From assembly GCA_964565945.1 (NCBI GenBank), contig CAZMGY010000026.1:30001-62000 (forward strand): DNA of 32,000 nt. Reading direction: 5' to 3'. The number at the start of each line of letters is the position of its first letter. The stretch's first letter is position 1. The translations under genes were made by a program, and so were the position numbers. Source of the stretch: an uncultured bacterium. Lineage in GTDB: Bacteria > GCA-001730085. Below the pieces are notes generated by a model, which worked only from the letters and a program-made list of their open reading frames with translations, was not told where the DNA came from and made no database searches. Below are positions 7,903 through 17,570 of this stretch, in pieces.

Positions 7903-10452
7903 TTGAAAAATATAGAGGTTTTTGGAGCCAAAGAACATAATCTTAAAAATGTCGATGTGGTGTTTGAGCGTCATAAGTTGGTTGTGGTCACTGGGTTGAG
8001 CGGTTCAGGTAAATCTTCTTTAGTGATGGATACGGTCTATGCCGAGGGGCAAAGACGCTATGTCGAATCGTTGTCGGCTTATGCACGTCAGTTTTTGGGT
8101 TTGATGGAAAAACCCGACGTTGAGCGTATTGAAGGTTTGTCACCAGCCATTGCGATTTCTCAAAAGTCGACCAGTAAAAATCCGCGTTCAACGGTGGGAA
8201 CGATCACCGAAATTTATGATTATATGCGCTTGCTTTATGCCAGGGTTGGTCAGCCGTATTGTCCAACCTGTGCCTTGCCGATCAGTAAGCAATCCGTTAG
8301 TAATATCATTCAGAAGATTTATGCATGCTGTGAAGGGCAGAAAGCCCTTATCTTGGCTTCGATCATTCGTGGAGTGAAAGGCGAGCATAAAGAAGTCTTT
8401 AAAAAGTTGCGTAAGGACGGTTATTTGCGCGTTCGTGTCGATGGTGAGGTGTGTTTACTGAAAGACGAAATTGTTTGTGAACGCTACAAAATTCATCATA
8501 TTGAGGCAGTAGTGGATCGCCTTAAGGTGTCGTCCAAAGACCATGAACGCTTGGCGGATTCGGTTGAAACGGCGACTCGTTTAGGCAAAGGTTTAGTGAT
8601 TGTTCAGGATGAACATAAGGATCATTTGTATTCGGAGAATTTTGCTTGCTTGAACTGTGGATTTAGCTTTAAAGAAATTTCACCACGCTTGTTTTCATTC
8701 AATAGTCCTTACGGCGCTTGCCCCGATTGTGACGGTTTAGGAAGGCGATCCAGCTCCAAAAGTCAGTATTACTTGATGAGACGTTATCAAAAAACTCAAT
8801 CCGAGTCCGTCAAAGAAAAAATTGAGCAAGAGATGTCGGTCCTGATCTGTAAAACCTGTGATGGGCAGCGACTTAATCCTGGAGCTTTGAGTGTTAAACT
8901 GAAGGATCACGACATTGTTCGATTGAGTTCTTTGTCGATTGATAAAATTAATCAGTTTTTTCAAAAGCTCAAGTTAAAAAAACAAGATCAAAAAATTGCA
9001 GGTAAGATCCTTAAGGAAATTCAAGCGCGTCTGTCGTTTTTAATCAATGTTGGTTTGACGTATTTGAGTTTAAATCGTTCGTCGGCAACTTTGTCGGGGG
9101 GTGAATCTCAAAGGATTCGATTGGCGACTCAAATTGGCTCTGGTTTAGTGGACGTGTTGTATGTTTTGGATGAACCTAGCATCGGTTTGCATCAGTGTGA
9201 CAATGACCGTCTGCTCAAAACACTAGAGAATTTGAGAGATAGTGGCAATACTTTGATTGTGATTGAGCACGATGAAGACACCATGTCACGTGCCGATCAA
9301 ATTGTTGATGTGGGCCCGGGTGCTGGTGTGCATGGAGGTGAAGTTGTTTTTTCGGGAAGCTACGATCAGATTTTGAAAGATAAGCAGTCGGTGACAGGTC
9401 AGTATCTGAGCGGACGCAAGAAGATTGCTATTCCTGAGCAACGTCGACAAGGGCATGGAACGTTTTTAACGATTCAAGGGGCGGCACATAATAACCTTAA
9501 AAATATCGATGTTGAGATACCTCTGGGTTGTTTTGTTTGTGTGACTGGTGTGTCGGGATCGGGTAAAAGCACCTTAGTGAACGAAATTATTCATAAGGGT
9601 TTGGCTCAAAAGCTTTATAAATCTAAGGATAAGCCAGGGCTCTTTTCTGCGTTTAAAGGGATCGAGAACATTGATAAAGTGATTGTGATTGATCAATCTC
9701 CGATTGGCCGCACGCCACGTTCGAATCCTTCGACGTACATTGGACTGTTCTCTCATATTCGTGATTTGTTTGCTCAGATACCCGAATCGGCAGCGCGTGG
9801 CTATGGGCCAGGACGTTTCTCTTTTAATGTTAAGGGAGGACGTTGCGAAACATGTGAAGGAGCTGGTCAGATTAAAATCGAAATGCACTTTATGCCCGAT
9901 GTTTATGTGATGTGTGATGAGTGCAAAGGTAAACGTTTTAACAAAGAAACTCTCGAAGTGATGTTTAAAGGGAAATCGATTTCGGATGTGTTGGATATGA
10001 CTGCCGAAGAAGGGATGTCTTTTTTTCAAAATATACCGGTGATTCATAAGAAGCTGGAGACTCTGGATAGTGTGGGGTTAGGCTATATTGGGCTAGGGCA
10101 ATCTGCTACCACTTTTTCGGGTGGGGAGGCACAACGCATCAAGTTGTCACGTGAATTAAGCAAGCGTGGCACGGGCAAAACCCTTTACATTTTGGACGAG
10201 CCAACAACTGGTTTGCACTTTGCCGATATCGAACGTTTGTTGCATGTATTGGAAAGGATAGCTGACAAGGGCAACACTGTTTTGGTAATTGAACACAATT
10301 TGGATGTGATTAAGGTGGCCGATCATATCATCGATCTTGGTCCTGAGGGTGGTGATGGTGGAGGACAATTGGTCGCTCAGGGTACACCAGAGCAAGTAGC
10401 CCAAACTAAAGGTTCTTACACGGGTTCTTTTTTGAAAAAGCATTTGGCGTAA
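7903..10452 (+). CDS. uvrA: Excinuclease ABC subunit A (UvrA), short 849-aa form
   Basis: TTG start preceded by GGAGAGG (7892-7898). N-terminus has [40 protein letters not shown]. Zinc modules [26 protein letters not shown] and [17 protein letters not shown]. Two ABC signatures [12 protein letters not shown] and [12 protein letters not shown], and two Walker B motifs ([22 protein letters not shown]). Confidence 0.93.
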   Translation: MKNIEVFGAKEHNLKNVDVVFERHKLVVVTGLSGSGKSSLVMDTVYAEGQRRYVESLSAYARQFLGLMEKPDVERIEGLSPAIAISQKSTSKNPRSTVGTITEIYDYMRLLYARVGQPYCPTCALPISKQSVSNIIQKIYACCEGQKALILASIIRGVKGEHKEVFKKLRKDGYLRVRVDGEVCLLKDEIVCERYKIHHIEAVVDRLKVSSKDHERLADSVETATRLGKGLVIVQDEHKDHLYSENFACLNCGFSFKEISPRLFSFNSPYGACPDCDGLGRRSSSKSQYYLMRRYQKTQSESVKEKIEQEMSVLICKTCDGQRLNPGALSVKLKDHDIVRLSSLSIDKINQFFQKLKLKKQDQKIAGKILKEIQARLSFLINVGLTYLSLNRSSATLSGGESQRIRLATQIGSGLVDVLYVLDEPSIGLHQCDNDRLLKTLENLRDSGNTLIVIEHDEDTMSRADQIVDVGPGAGVHGGEVVFSGSYDQILKDKQSVTGQYLSGRKKIAIPEQRRQGHGTFLTIQGAAHNNLKNIDVEIPLGCFVCVTGVSGSGKSTLVNEIIHKGLAQKLYKSKDKPGLFSAFKGIENIDKVIVIDQSPIGRTPRSNPSTYIGLFSHIRDLFAQIPESAARGYGPGRFSFNVKGGRCETCEGAGQIKIEMHFMPDVYVMCDECKGKRFNKETLEVMFKGKSISDVLDMTAEEGMSFFQNIPVIHKKLETLDSVGLGYIGLGQSATTFSGGEAQRIKLSRELSKRGTGKTLYILDEPTTGLHFADIERLLHVLERIADKGNTVLVIEHNLDVIKVADHIIDLGPEGGDGGGQLVAQGTPEQVAQTKGSYTGSFLKKHLA

Positions 10453-10512
10453 GTTTATCTCGTCTGTAATTAAGCTATGCTTTAATATAATTAATTTGAT
10501 ACAACTTTATGT

Positions 10513-10532
10513 AAGTCATGTTAAAATGACTT
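10513..10532 (+). other. 7-bp inverted repeat (hairpin) abutting the orphan gene start
   Basis: aagtcat (10513-10519), loop gttaaa, atgactt (10526-10532). It ends 1 nt before GTG 10534. The stem is AT-rich and its function is unknown. Confidence 0.3.
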
Positions 10533-10533
10533 C

Positions 10534-12903
10534 GTGAGATCTTTTTTTTTAAGTATTTATGTATTTTCGGTGCTCATTAGTTCCGTTCTTTGGGGGCTAG
10601 CTGTGCCGAGCTTTGTCGGTGATATTAACTATATTCAACTAGGGAGCGACTATTTTCTCTCGTTTCGTTTGCCCGAAGAGACGAAGGAATACAGCCTTAC
10701 ACATCATAGTGTGAAATTTTCTATGCAAGGCAGCACCTTTAACGCCTATCAAGGGAAGAGTGTCTACCTTCTTCCAGAATTAAAGATTGATTGTTTGAAA
10801 GATCTAGCCATCGATAAGGATTATGCTAGGGCTTTGCTTCGTTTGATTATTGATTTGAATGAGGAGGAGATCTTACGTCGCACTAAGGTCATGTTGCTCA
10901 ATTCTCTAGTCAAGTTTATGGCATATATGTTGGACGATAGCGATGTGGAATCGATTATGAGGCCTTGGTTGCAAAACTTAACGTTTAGTTCGTTGGAGGA
11001 GGCCATTATTGTGTCGGATGTGGAATGGAAAGAGCGAGAGGGTTTTAATTTGATTCTTTTAGATCCATTCTATATGGGTGATAACGTTTATTATGGTCCC
11101 GTTGTGTTCGAAAACAAGAATGTTCATTTGATTAAGCATACAAGTAAAGCTGCGAAGGATTCTGTGCTTCGTAAGTCTGGGCAGACGTATTTGTTTACTA
11201 ATCATGCGTATTTGTTTACTAATCATGTTAATAATATTGAGATAAATGAATTGTTGAATGATTCTGAGCGGCAGGTTGTGGAAGATTTTTTAGCCATTAA
11301 TATCCGAGAAACGATCTACTTAAAAAAGATCGAGCATCAAAAGTTACCAGATTTTTCTTCAATACTGGGAACATATTGGCTTTCCCCGAAACATGTCGAA
11401 GAGTTTAGGCAATATGGGAATCAAGACAGGATTTGCGCCTTATATCATGAGTTGATTGCCGATGGTGTCGAAGAGGCCCGAGTTAAGGAATGGATGCTTC
11501 GTTTGATGGCTGCTTATTATCAAGATCCAGTGACCATGGAGCCTGTTATAGGAGAAGATAATGTTGTGCGCAAGATTGAGCCAAGTAAGGGGCATCGGAT
11601 GGATATTAACGAAATACTCTATCTTGAACTGGCGATGAATGTGCTGATAGATGCTAGAAAACATTTGATTAAAGAAGAAAAGGATGTTCGTCGGCAGAGG
11701 GCTTTTTGGGGCATGGTCAATGTCAATCTAGAAAAGATTGTCCAAGGGATACATTTGATTCCACTAAGGTTCCATTCGAAGTTGATTTTTCATCGGGCTC
11801 AGCACTTGTGGTCGCAATTGACTTTTTTGTTCAATTGTCCCGAAATAGACTATTGGCAAAAGGTCCCAAATAATCCAGCTTGGATGCCTCTAGAACAAGA
11901 GCAAGCTGCTTTTGATTTTTATGCCCAGCCCAGAAGGCGTAAGGATTTGAATATTTTGTATAAATGGATGTTTGATATATACGAACATCAGCATCCACCA
12001 AAGCATGTGATGGAGTTTTTGAATGCTCACCGCCAAACACATTTCTATCATCCTAAGTTCTGTAAGCTCGACGGGAACATGACCTCTTGGTTAGGCTTAA
12101 AGCTTAAGAAAAAAAATATTCGAGAGCAGAGAGACTTCTTAGGATTGATGGAGGGTGCCGATCGGCGTTATCGAAGCTATGGTATTCAAAGCGAATTGTG
12201 GTTTGAGCACTTAGCTAACAATATGGATAATTTTGAAGAGCTACTGCGTAATCACATGTTATTCTCCCCTTCGTCCCCAATGTTCGCTACAGTTTTAGCC
12301 GATTTGATTTATGTTACGTTTCTCTTGGAGAAACGGCCTAAGATTGCAAATGACAACATCGGACAAACGCTTCTTAAGATTTTGAAAGATCCTGAACAGT
12401 TTTCTCAATGGAACATAGAAACAATCCATGGACTTTTGGATGAAATTGTGCAAAAAACAAAGGGTGCTGGCTTTGACCAAGAGAATCCTCGTACGCTTGA
12501 TGATCTCATAGGAGAAATGGGTTGGGGCAAAGGGTCTATGGAAAAGCCGACTTGGCAAAGTTTGTTTTTGTATTTTGTTTTTCAAGATGAGAGACAAGAT
12601 AATCTTCTAAATGTGCGTGTGCGTCAGAGTTTTGCACTTAGTGATAGGGAAGAGCCGATCTATATTGAACTTTCGCATGACTCTTACGATGCTTTAAAAG
12701 CAATGATCGAGGAATGGGGTTATGGTGATTATGAGCTTATTCTTAGTGATACGAAGCACGGGTTTCCAACTTCTCTCGTGATAACCGAAAATAACTATTT
12801 ACGTGTTTTTCATTCGAGGTTTATCGACAAGGGACAACTTTATCTAAGGCCTAAAAGGGGATCCTCAACGCAGATCTATAAATTTATTTTTAAACAAGCT
12901 TAA
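10534..12903 (+). CDS. Orphan hypothetical protein (789 aa) with an N-terminal signal peptide or membrane anchor
   Basis: An uninterrupted 2.4-kb ORF. The N-terminus MRSFFLSIYVFSVLISSVLWGLAVPSF has a basic n-region plus a hydrophobic core. I recognise no catalytic or family motifs. There is a His-rich patch YEHQHPPKHVMEFLNAHRQTHFYHPKF (11980-12060). The start is uncertain: GTG 10534 has no clear Shine-Dalgarno, and GTG 10570 is an alternative. Confidence 0.7.
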   Translation: MRSFFLSIYVFSVLISSVLWGLAVPSFVGDINYIQLGSDYFLSFRLPEETKEYSLTHHSVKFSMQGSTFNAYQGKSVYLLPELKIDCLKDLAIDKDYARALLRLIIDLNEEEILRRTKVMLLNSLVKFMAYMLDDSDVESIMRPWLQNLTFSSLEEAIIVSDVEWKEREGFNLILLDPFYMGDNVYYGPVVFENKNVHLIKHTSKAAKDSVLRKSGQTYLFTNHAYLFTNHVNNIEINELLNDSERQVVEDFLAINIRETIYLKKIEHQKLPDFSSILGTYWLSPKHVEEFRQYGNQDRICALYHELIADGVEEARVKEWMLRLMAAYYQDPVTMEPVIGEDNVVRKIEPSKGHRMDINEILYLELAMNVLIDARKHLIKEEKDVRRQRAFWGMVNVNLEKIVQGIHLIPLRFHSKLIFHRAQHLWSQLTFLFNCPEIDYWQKVPNNPAWMPLEQEQAAFDFYAQPRRRKDLNILYKWMFDIYEHQHPPKHVMEFLNAHRQTHFYHPKFCKLDGNMTSWLGLKLKKKNIREQRDFLGLMEGADRRYRSYGIQSELWFEHLANNMDNFEELLRNHMLFSPSSPMFATVLADLIYVTFLLEKRPKIANDNIGQTLLKILKDPEQFSQWNIETIHGLLDEIVQKTKGAGFDQENPRTLDDLIGEMGWGKGSMEKPTWQSLFLYFVFQDERQDNLLNVRVRQSFALSDREEPIYIELSHDSYDALKAMIEEWGYGDYELILSDTKHGFPTSLVITENNYLRVFHSRFIDKGQLYLRPKRGSSTQIYKFIFKQA
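10542..10550 (+). repeat. T9 homopolymer within codons 3-6 of the orphan ORF
   Basis: c-ttttttttt-aag, read as tct ttt ttt tta. Both a -1 T and a +1 T change produce an early stop (TAA immediately, or TAG ten codons later). Confidence 0.9.
11186..11227 (+). repeat. Perfect 21-bp tandem duplication (cgtatttgtttactaatcatg x2) inside the orphan gene
   Basis: Copy 1 is 11186-11206 and copy 2 is 11207-11227, identical and in frame. They give ...TYLFTNHAYLFTNHV... Confidence 0.9.
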
Positions 12904-12933
12904 AAGGATCACTGATGAGGATCAATTCCTGGC

Positions 12934-12962
12934 TTGATTTTATCCTAATGTTATAGTATGAT
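12934..12962 (+). promoter_or_regulatory. Candidate sigma70-type promoter for gltB (and possibly gltD-carA-carB)
   Basis: TTGATT (12934-12939), a 17-nt spacer, then TATGAT (12957-12962). It sits in the 122-bp gap upstream of the gltB ATG at 13026. Confidence 0.45.
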
Positions 12963-13025
12963 ATCTTGGATACCTTTAGGGTTTCCCTATTAAAGTTTAA
13001 AGGAAAATCTAACAAAGAGGTTGTT

Positions 13026-16000
13026 ATGCCACGTTTTTTACCAAAAAAAGAAGGTTTATATCGCCCCGATTATGAACATGATGCGTGTGGGGTGGGGTTT
13101 ATTGCTCATCTCAAAGGACAAAAGTCACATGATATTGTGAGCAAAGGTATCGAATTATTGCTTAACTTGGAGCATCGTGGTGCGGTGGGTGCCGAACATA
13201 ACTCTGGTGATGGAGCTGGTATTTTAATTCAATTGCCACACGCTTTTTTTCAATCCCTATCGGGTGAATTGGGGTTTGAGGTTCCTGAATTTGGTCATTA
13301 TGGTGTCGGACAGGTTTTCTTGCCTCCTCAGGAAGATTTGCAAGCCCAATGTCGTGAAATTTTTGAATGTTGTGTGCGTGAATGTGGTCAAGAGGTCTTG
13401 GGATGGCGTTCAGTTCCTCAGGACAATTCGGTCTTAGGTAGCATGGTCAGAGAGCTTGAACCAGAAATGGCTCAGGTGTTCATTAAACGTGACGGAGGCT
13501 GTCCCGACGACTTGGCTTTTGAACGTAAGTTGTTTGTGATTCGCAAATACGCCCAAAATCAAATTTTAAAGCAGGTTAAAGGTGCCGATCAGTATTATTA
13601 CGTTGGTTCACTGTCTTACAAGACGGTGGTTTACAAAGGTCAGTTGATCACCACTCAGTTAGCGGGCTTTTTTGATGATTTGCGCAATCCCGAAACAATC
13701 TCGGCGATTGCTTTGGTTCACAGTCGTTTTTCGACCAACACCTTTCCAAGTTGGCCTTTAGCGCAACCGTTTCGTTATTTGGCTCACAACGGTGAGATTA
13801 ACACCCTGCGCGGGAACATCAATTGGATGCGAGCTCGTCAAAGTTTGTTTAAATCAAATGTGTTCACCGAGGACGAAATGAGCAAAATTTTACCCATTTT
13901 GGATGAGGATGGATCAGATTCGGCCGTTTTGGATAATGCAATTGAATTTTTGACCCTGGCAGGTCGTTCATTGCCGCATGTGATGATGATGATGATTCCC
14001 GAAGCTTGGGAAAAACACACTGAAATGAACCCTGAACAAAGAGCTTTTTATGAATTTCATGCAACACTCATGGAGCCTTGGGATGGACCCGCTTCGGTGA
14101 TTTTCACCGATGGTCAATTTATTGGTGCAACCTTGGATCGTAACGGTTTGCGTCCTTCGCGCTATTGCTTAACCAAAGATGATGTTTTGGTGATGGCTTC
14201 CGAGCAAGGTGCTTTGGAATTTGTGCCCGAAGATATTGTTCTTAAAGGGTGCTTGCAGCCAGGCAAAATGTTTTTAGCCGATCTTGAGCAAGGCTGGATT
14301 GTTCCCGATGTTGAAGTGAAAGCTCAGTTGGCGAATGCTCAGCCTTATGGAGAATGGATTGATCAACAAAAAATCGAGCTAAGTGATTTGCCTTTTGATT
14401 ACCCCGTTAAACAGCCCGATCATGAGACGACTCTTAAACGCCAGAAGTGTTTTGGCTATAGCTTGGAAGAGCTAAGATTGCTTGTAGAACCAATGTTTAG
14501 CACTGGGTACGAAGCGATTGGGTCGATGGGTAATGATGCGCCAGTGGCGGTTTTGTCGGATAAGTCGATCAATTTGTTCAACTATTTTCATCAACTTTTT
14601 GCTCAGGTGACCAATCCTCCGATTGATCCAATCCGTGAAGAAGCCATTATGAGCTTAACCACGTTTTTAGGACCCCAAGGTAACATTTTGGATGAGAAGG
14701 ATGAGCGTTACTTTGTCGAAATGCCTCAGCCATTGATCACTGATGAGCAAATGGCTCGTTTGAACGGAGCCAATACCGAATATTTGAAAGCGAAAACATT
14801 GCCGATGTTGTTTGATCCGAAAAAGGGAGGTCTTAAAATAGCTGTTGAAGCTTTGTGCGATGTTGCTGTCCAAGCGGTTCAGGAAGGCCATTCAGTGATT
14901 GTTCTTTCGGATCATTCTGTGAGTGCCAGCCAAGCGCCGATTCCTTCGCTATTAGCGACATCCGCGGTACATCATCGTTTGATTAAAGCTGGATTAAGAA
15001 CACAGTGTGGTTTGGTAATTGAGACGGGTGAGGCTCGTGAGGTTCATCATTTTGCTGTCTTGATTGGTTATGGAGCCAATGCGATCAATCCATACTTGGT
15101 CTTTGAAAGTGTTAAAGATATGCAACAGCGTCACTATTTGGATGCGGAGATTAGCCAAGAACAAGCTGAAGCCAATTTTATTTATGCCGTGGGTAAAGGT
15201 TTATTAAAGATCATGTCTAAAATGGGTATCTCGACCGTTCAGTCCTACATGGGGGCGCAGATTTTTGAAGCGGTTGGATTAGGTGAAGAACTGATTGATA
15301 ATTATTTCTGTGGAACAGCTTCGCGCATAGGTGGTATCGGTTTTGCCGAGCTTGAAGAAGAAACCTTGATTCGCCATCGTTTTGCCTATCCTTCGAAAGA
15401 TACCGAGGGGGATCATACCGATATTGATGGCGGAGGTCAGTATCAGTGGAGACAACGAGGCGAGCGTCACTTATTCAGCCCAGATGTGGTGCATTTGTTA
15501 CAACGTTCGGTGCGTCAAAACAATTATGACATGTATAAGCAGTTTACCGTTTTGGTTAACGATCAAAATAAACAATTGTTAACCTTGCGTGGTTTGCTCG
15601 ACTTCGATAATCGCGAATCAATTTCGCTGGATGAAGTTGAGCCGAGCGAAGCTATTTGCAAGCGTTTTGCGACTGGTGCTATGTCTTACGGCTCAATTTC
15701 AATAGAAGCCCACACAACTTTGGCAATCGCTATGAACCGGATTGGTGGCAAAAGTAATACAGGTGAAGGGGGTGAAGATCCTAAGCGATTCGAGCCCATG
15801 GAGAACGGCGACAATGCCTGTTCTGCCATTAAACAAGTGGCTTCGGGACGTTTTGGCGTAACGTCCAATTATCTTGTGCATTCCGAAGAAATTCAAATCA
15901 AGATTGCTCAGGGAGCTAAGCCTGGTGAGGGTGGTCAGCTACCTGGTTACAAAGTGGATGATATTATCGGTAAAGTTAGACATTCAACGCCTGGTGTTGG

Positions 16001-17546
16001 TCTGATATCACCTCCTCCTCATCATGACATTTACTCGATTGAGGATTTGGCTCAGTTGATTTTTGACCTTAAAAACTCAAACACTTCGGCGCGGATTAAT
16101 GTAAAATTGGTGTCCGAGGTTGGTGTGGGAACTGTGGCTACTGGTGTGGCCAAGGCACACGCCGATGTGGTGTTGATTGCGGGCTACGACGGGGGAACAG
16201 GTGCTTCTCCGCAAACATCGATCAAGCATGCAGGTTTGCCTTGGGAGCTTGGTTTGGCCGAAACACATCAAACACTTGTTAAAAATAAATTGCGCAACCG
16301 TATTGTGGTTCAGACCGATGGTCAAATTCGTACTGGACGTGATTTGGCAATTGCGACTCTTTTGGGTGCCGAGGAATGGGGTGTGGCCACTGCAGGATTG
16401 GTGGCTATCGGTTGTATTATGATGCGTAAGTGTCATTTGAATACCTGTCCAGTCGGGATTGCGACGCAAGATAAAGATTTACGGGTTCTGTATCATGGTG
16501 AAGCTGATCATGTGGTGAACTACTTCCGTTTTATGGCCGAAGAGCTTCGGGAAATTATGGCCGAACTTGGTTTTCGCACGGTTAATGAAATGGTGGGACG
16601 CGTTGACAAGTTGAAAGCCCGTAAGGATGTTTCGCATTGGAAAGCCAAAACCTTGCGTTTGGAAGATTTGTTGCACAAAATGGCTGAAAGCCAAGATGGT
16701 CAAGATTTCTGTTATGAAACTCAAGATCATGGTTTGGAAACAGCTTTGGATTATGAACTTCTAGCCAAAGCGAAAGATGCGATTGAATCCAAAAAACCTG
16801 TTCAAGAGAACATTCATTTGCGCAATATCAATCGGACAGTCGGAACGATTTTATCGGCCGAGGTGACTCGGGCTCATGGCGAAGAAGGTTTAGCCGCCGA
16901 TATGATTCATTTCAAAGCGACAGGAAGTGGTGGACAAAGTCTAGGAGCTTTCAGTGTTTCTGGAGTTACCTTTGAACTCGAGGGGGACGCTAACGATTAT
17001 TTTGGCAAAGGGATGTGTGGAGGTCGTTTGATTCTTTATCCTCCCAAACAATCAACCTTTGTTCCCGATGAGAATGTAATTGTTGGCAACGTAGCCTTTT
17101 ATGGAGCGACCAGTGGAGAATCTTATATTCGCGGATTGGCGGGCGAACGTTTTTGCGTAAGAAACTCTGGGGTTGAGGTGGTTGTTGAAGCTGTCGGGAA
17201 TCATGGTTGTGAATATATGACGGATGGTCGTGTGATTATTTTGGGCGAGATCGGTCGTAACTTTGCTGCAGGGATGAGTGGTGGAATTGCTTATATCTTT
17301 GATGAGAACGATACCTTAACGCATCGCATCAATTCTGGCTTAGTTGATTTAGAACAGATTGAGGATGGTGAGGAATCTAGCTTTGTGAAAGGCAAGATTC
17401 AAAATCACTTCGATTACACAGGAAGTCGCAATGCAGAGCGTATTTTGCAAGATTGGGACATGAACAAAACTAAGTTTATCAAGGTTATGCCTCGCGATTA
17501 CAAGAGAGTCTTGATGGAACGTCAACAGGTAGCGGCTTTTGCCTAA
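13026..17546 (+). CDS. gltB: Glutamate synthase (GOGAT) large subunit
   Basis: [29 protein letters not shown] gives a propeptide followed by the Ntn-amidotransferase catalytic Cys. Also present are the central and FMN-binding domains ([42 protein letters not shown]) and the C-terminal GXGXG domain ([18 protein letters not shown]). ATG 13026 with aaagagg upstream is preferred over the track's TTG 12966. Confidence 0.95.
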   Translation: MPRFLPKKEGLYRPDYEHDACGVGFIAHLKGQKSHDIVSKGIELLLNLEHRGAVGAEHNSGDGAGILIQLPHAFFQSLSGELGFEVPEFGHYGVGQVFLPPQEDLQAQCREIFECCVRECGQEVLGWRSVPQDNSVLGSMVRELEPEMAQVFIKRDGGCPDDLAFERKLFVIRKYAQNQILKQVKGADQYYYVGSLSYKTVVYKGQLITTQLAGFFDDLRNPETISAIALVHSRFSTNTFPSWPLAQPFRYLAHNGEINTLRGNINWMRARQSLFKSNVFTEDEMSKILPILDEDGSDSAVLDNAIEFLTLAGRSLPHVMMMMIPEAWEKHTEMNPEQRAFYEFHATLMEPWDGPASVIFTDGQFIGATLDRNGLRPSRYCLTKDDVLVMASEQGALEFVPEDIVLKGCLQPGKMFLADLEQGWIVPDVEVKAQLANAQPYGEWIDQQKIELSDLPFDYPVKQPDHETTLKRQKCFGYSLEELRLLVEPMFSTGYEAIGSMGNDAPVAVLSDKSINLFNYFHQLFAQVTNPPIDPIREEAIMSLTTFLGPQGNILDEKDERYFVEMPQPLITDEQMARLNGANTEYLKAKTLPMLFDPKKGGLKIAVEALCDVAVQAVQEGHSVIVLSDHSVSASQAPIPSLLATSAVHHRLIKAGLRTQCGLVIETGEAREVHHFAVLIGYGANAINPYLVFESVKDMQQRHYLDAEISQEQAEANFIYAVGKGLLKIMSKMGISTVQSYMGAQIFEAVGLGEELIDNYFCGTASRIGGIGFAELEEETLIRHRFAYPSKDTEGDHTDIDGGGQYQWRQRGERHLFSPDVVHLLQRSVRQNNYDMYKQFTVLVNDQNKQLLTLRGLLDFDNRESISLDEVEPSEAICKRFATGAMSYGSISIEAHTTLAIAMNRIGGKSNTGEGGEDPKRFEPMENGDNACSAIKQVASGRFGVTSNYLVHSEEIQIKIAQGAKPGEGGQLPGYKVDDIIGKVRHSTPGVGLISPPPHHDIYSIEDLAQLIFDLKNSNTSARINVKLVSEVGVGTVATGVAKAHADVVLIAGYDGGTGASPQTSIKHAGLPWELGLAETHQTLVKNKLRNRIVVQTDGQIRTGRDLAIATLLGAEEWGVATAGLVAIGCIMMRKCHLNTCPVGIATQDKDLRVLYHGEADHVVNYFRFMAEELREIMAELGFRTVNEMVGRVDKLKARKDVSHWKAKTLRLEDLLHKMAESQDGQDFCYETQDHGLETALDYELLAKAKDAIESKKPVQENIHLRNINRTVGTILSAEVTRAHGEEGLAADMIHFKATGSGGQSLGAFSVSGVTFELEGDANDYFGKGMCGGRLILYPPKQSTFVPDENVIVGNVAFYGATSGESYIRGLAGERFCVRNSGVEVVVEAVGNHGCEYMTDGRVIILGEIGRNFAAGMSGGIAYIFDENDTLTHRINSGLVDLEQIEDGEESSFVKGKIQNHFDYTGSRNAERILQDWDMNKTKFIKVMPRDYKRVLMERQQVAAFA

Positions 17547-17570
17547 GACAAGGAACAGGATAACAGAATT

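Noticed and set aside
9574-10047. Minus-strand ORFs of 100-157 aa in the track (for example 9574-10047, 30207-30671, 4784-5218, 16077-16469, 26219-26563)
   Set aside because: Each lies entirely antisense to a strongly conserved plus-strand gene (uvrA, secF, SNF2, gltB, GldFG fusion). Their translations are low-complexity, and Arg/Ser/Leu-rich shadows with no motifs.
7903-10452. The short UvrA as a class II UvrA2/DrrC-like paralogue
   Set aside because: Class II proteins lack the UvrB-binding domain. Here that segment appears to be retained and it is the insertion domain that is short, so I reported it as a distinct observation instead.
12860-12925. Cluster of four GATC sites around the orphan stop and upstream of the gltB promoter-like element
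   Set aside because: GATC is frequent throughout the window by eye. Without a count I cannot claim enrichment or Dam-type regulation.
10453-12965. The orphan gene as a horizontally acquired island or mobile element
   Set aside because: There is no integrase or transposase, no flanking direct or inverted repeats, and no tRNA target. My impression of lower GC is by eye only, so an HGT claim is not supportable without computation.
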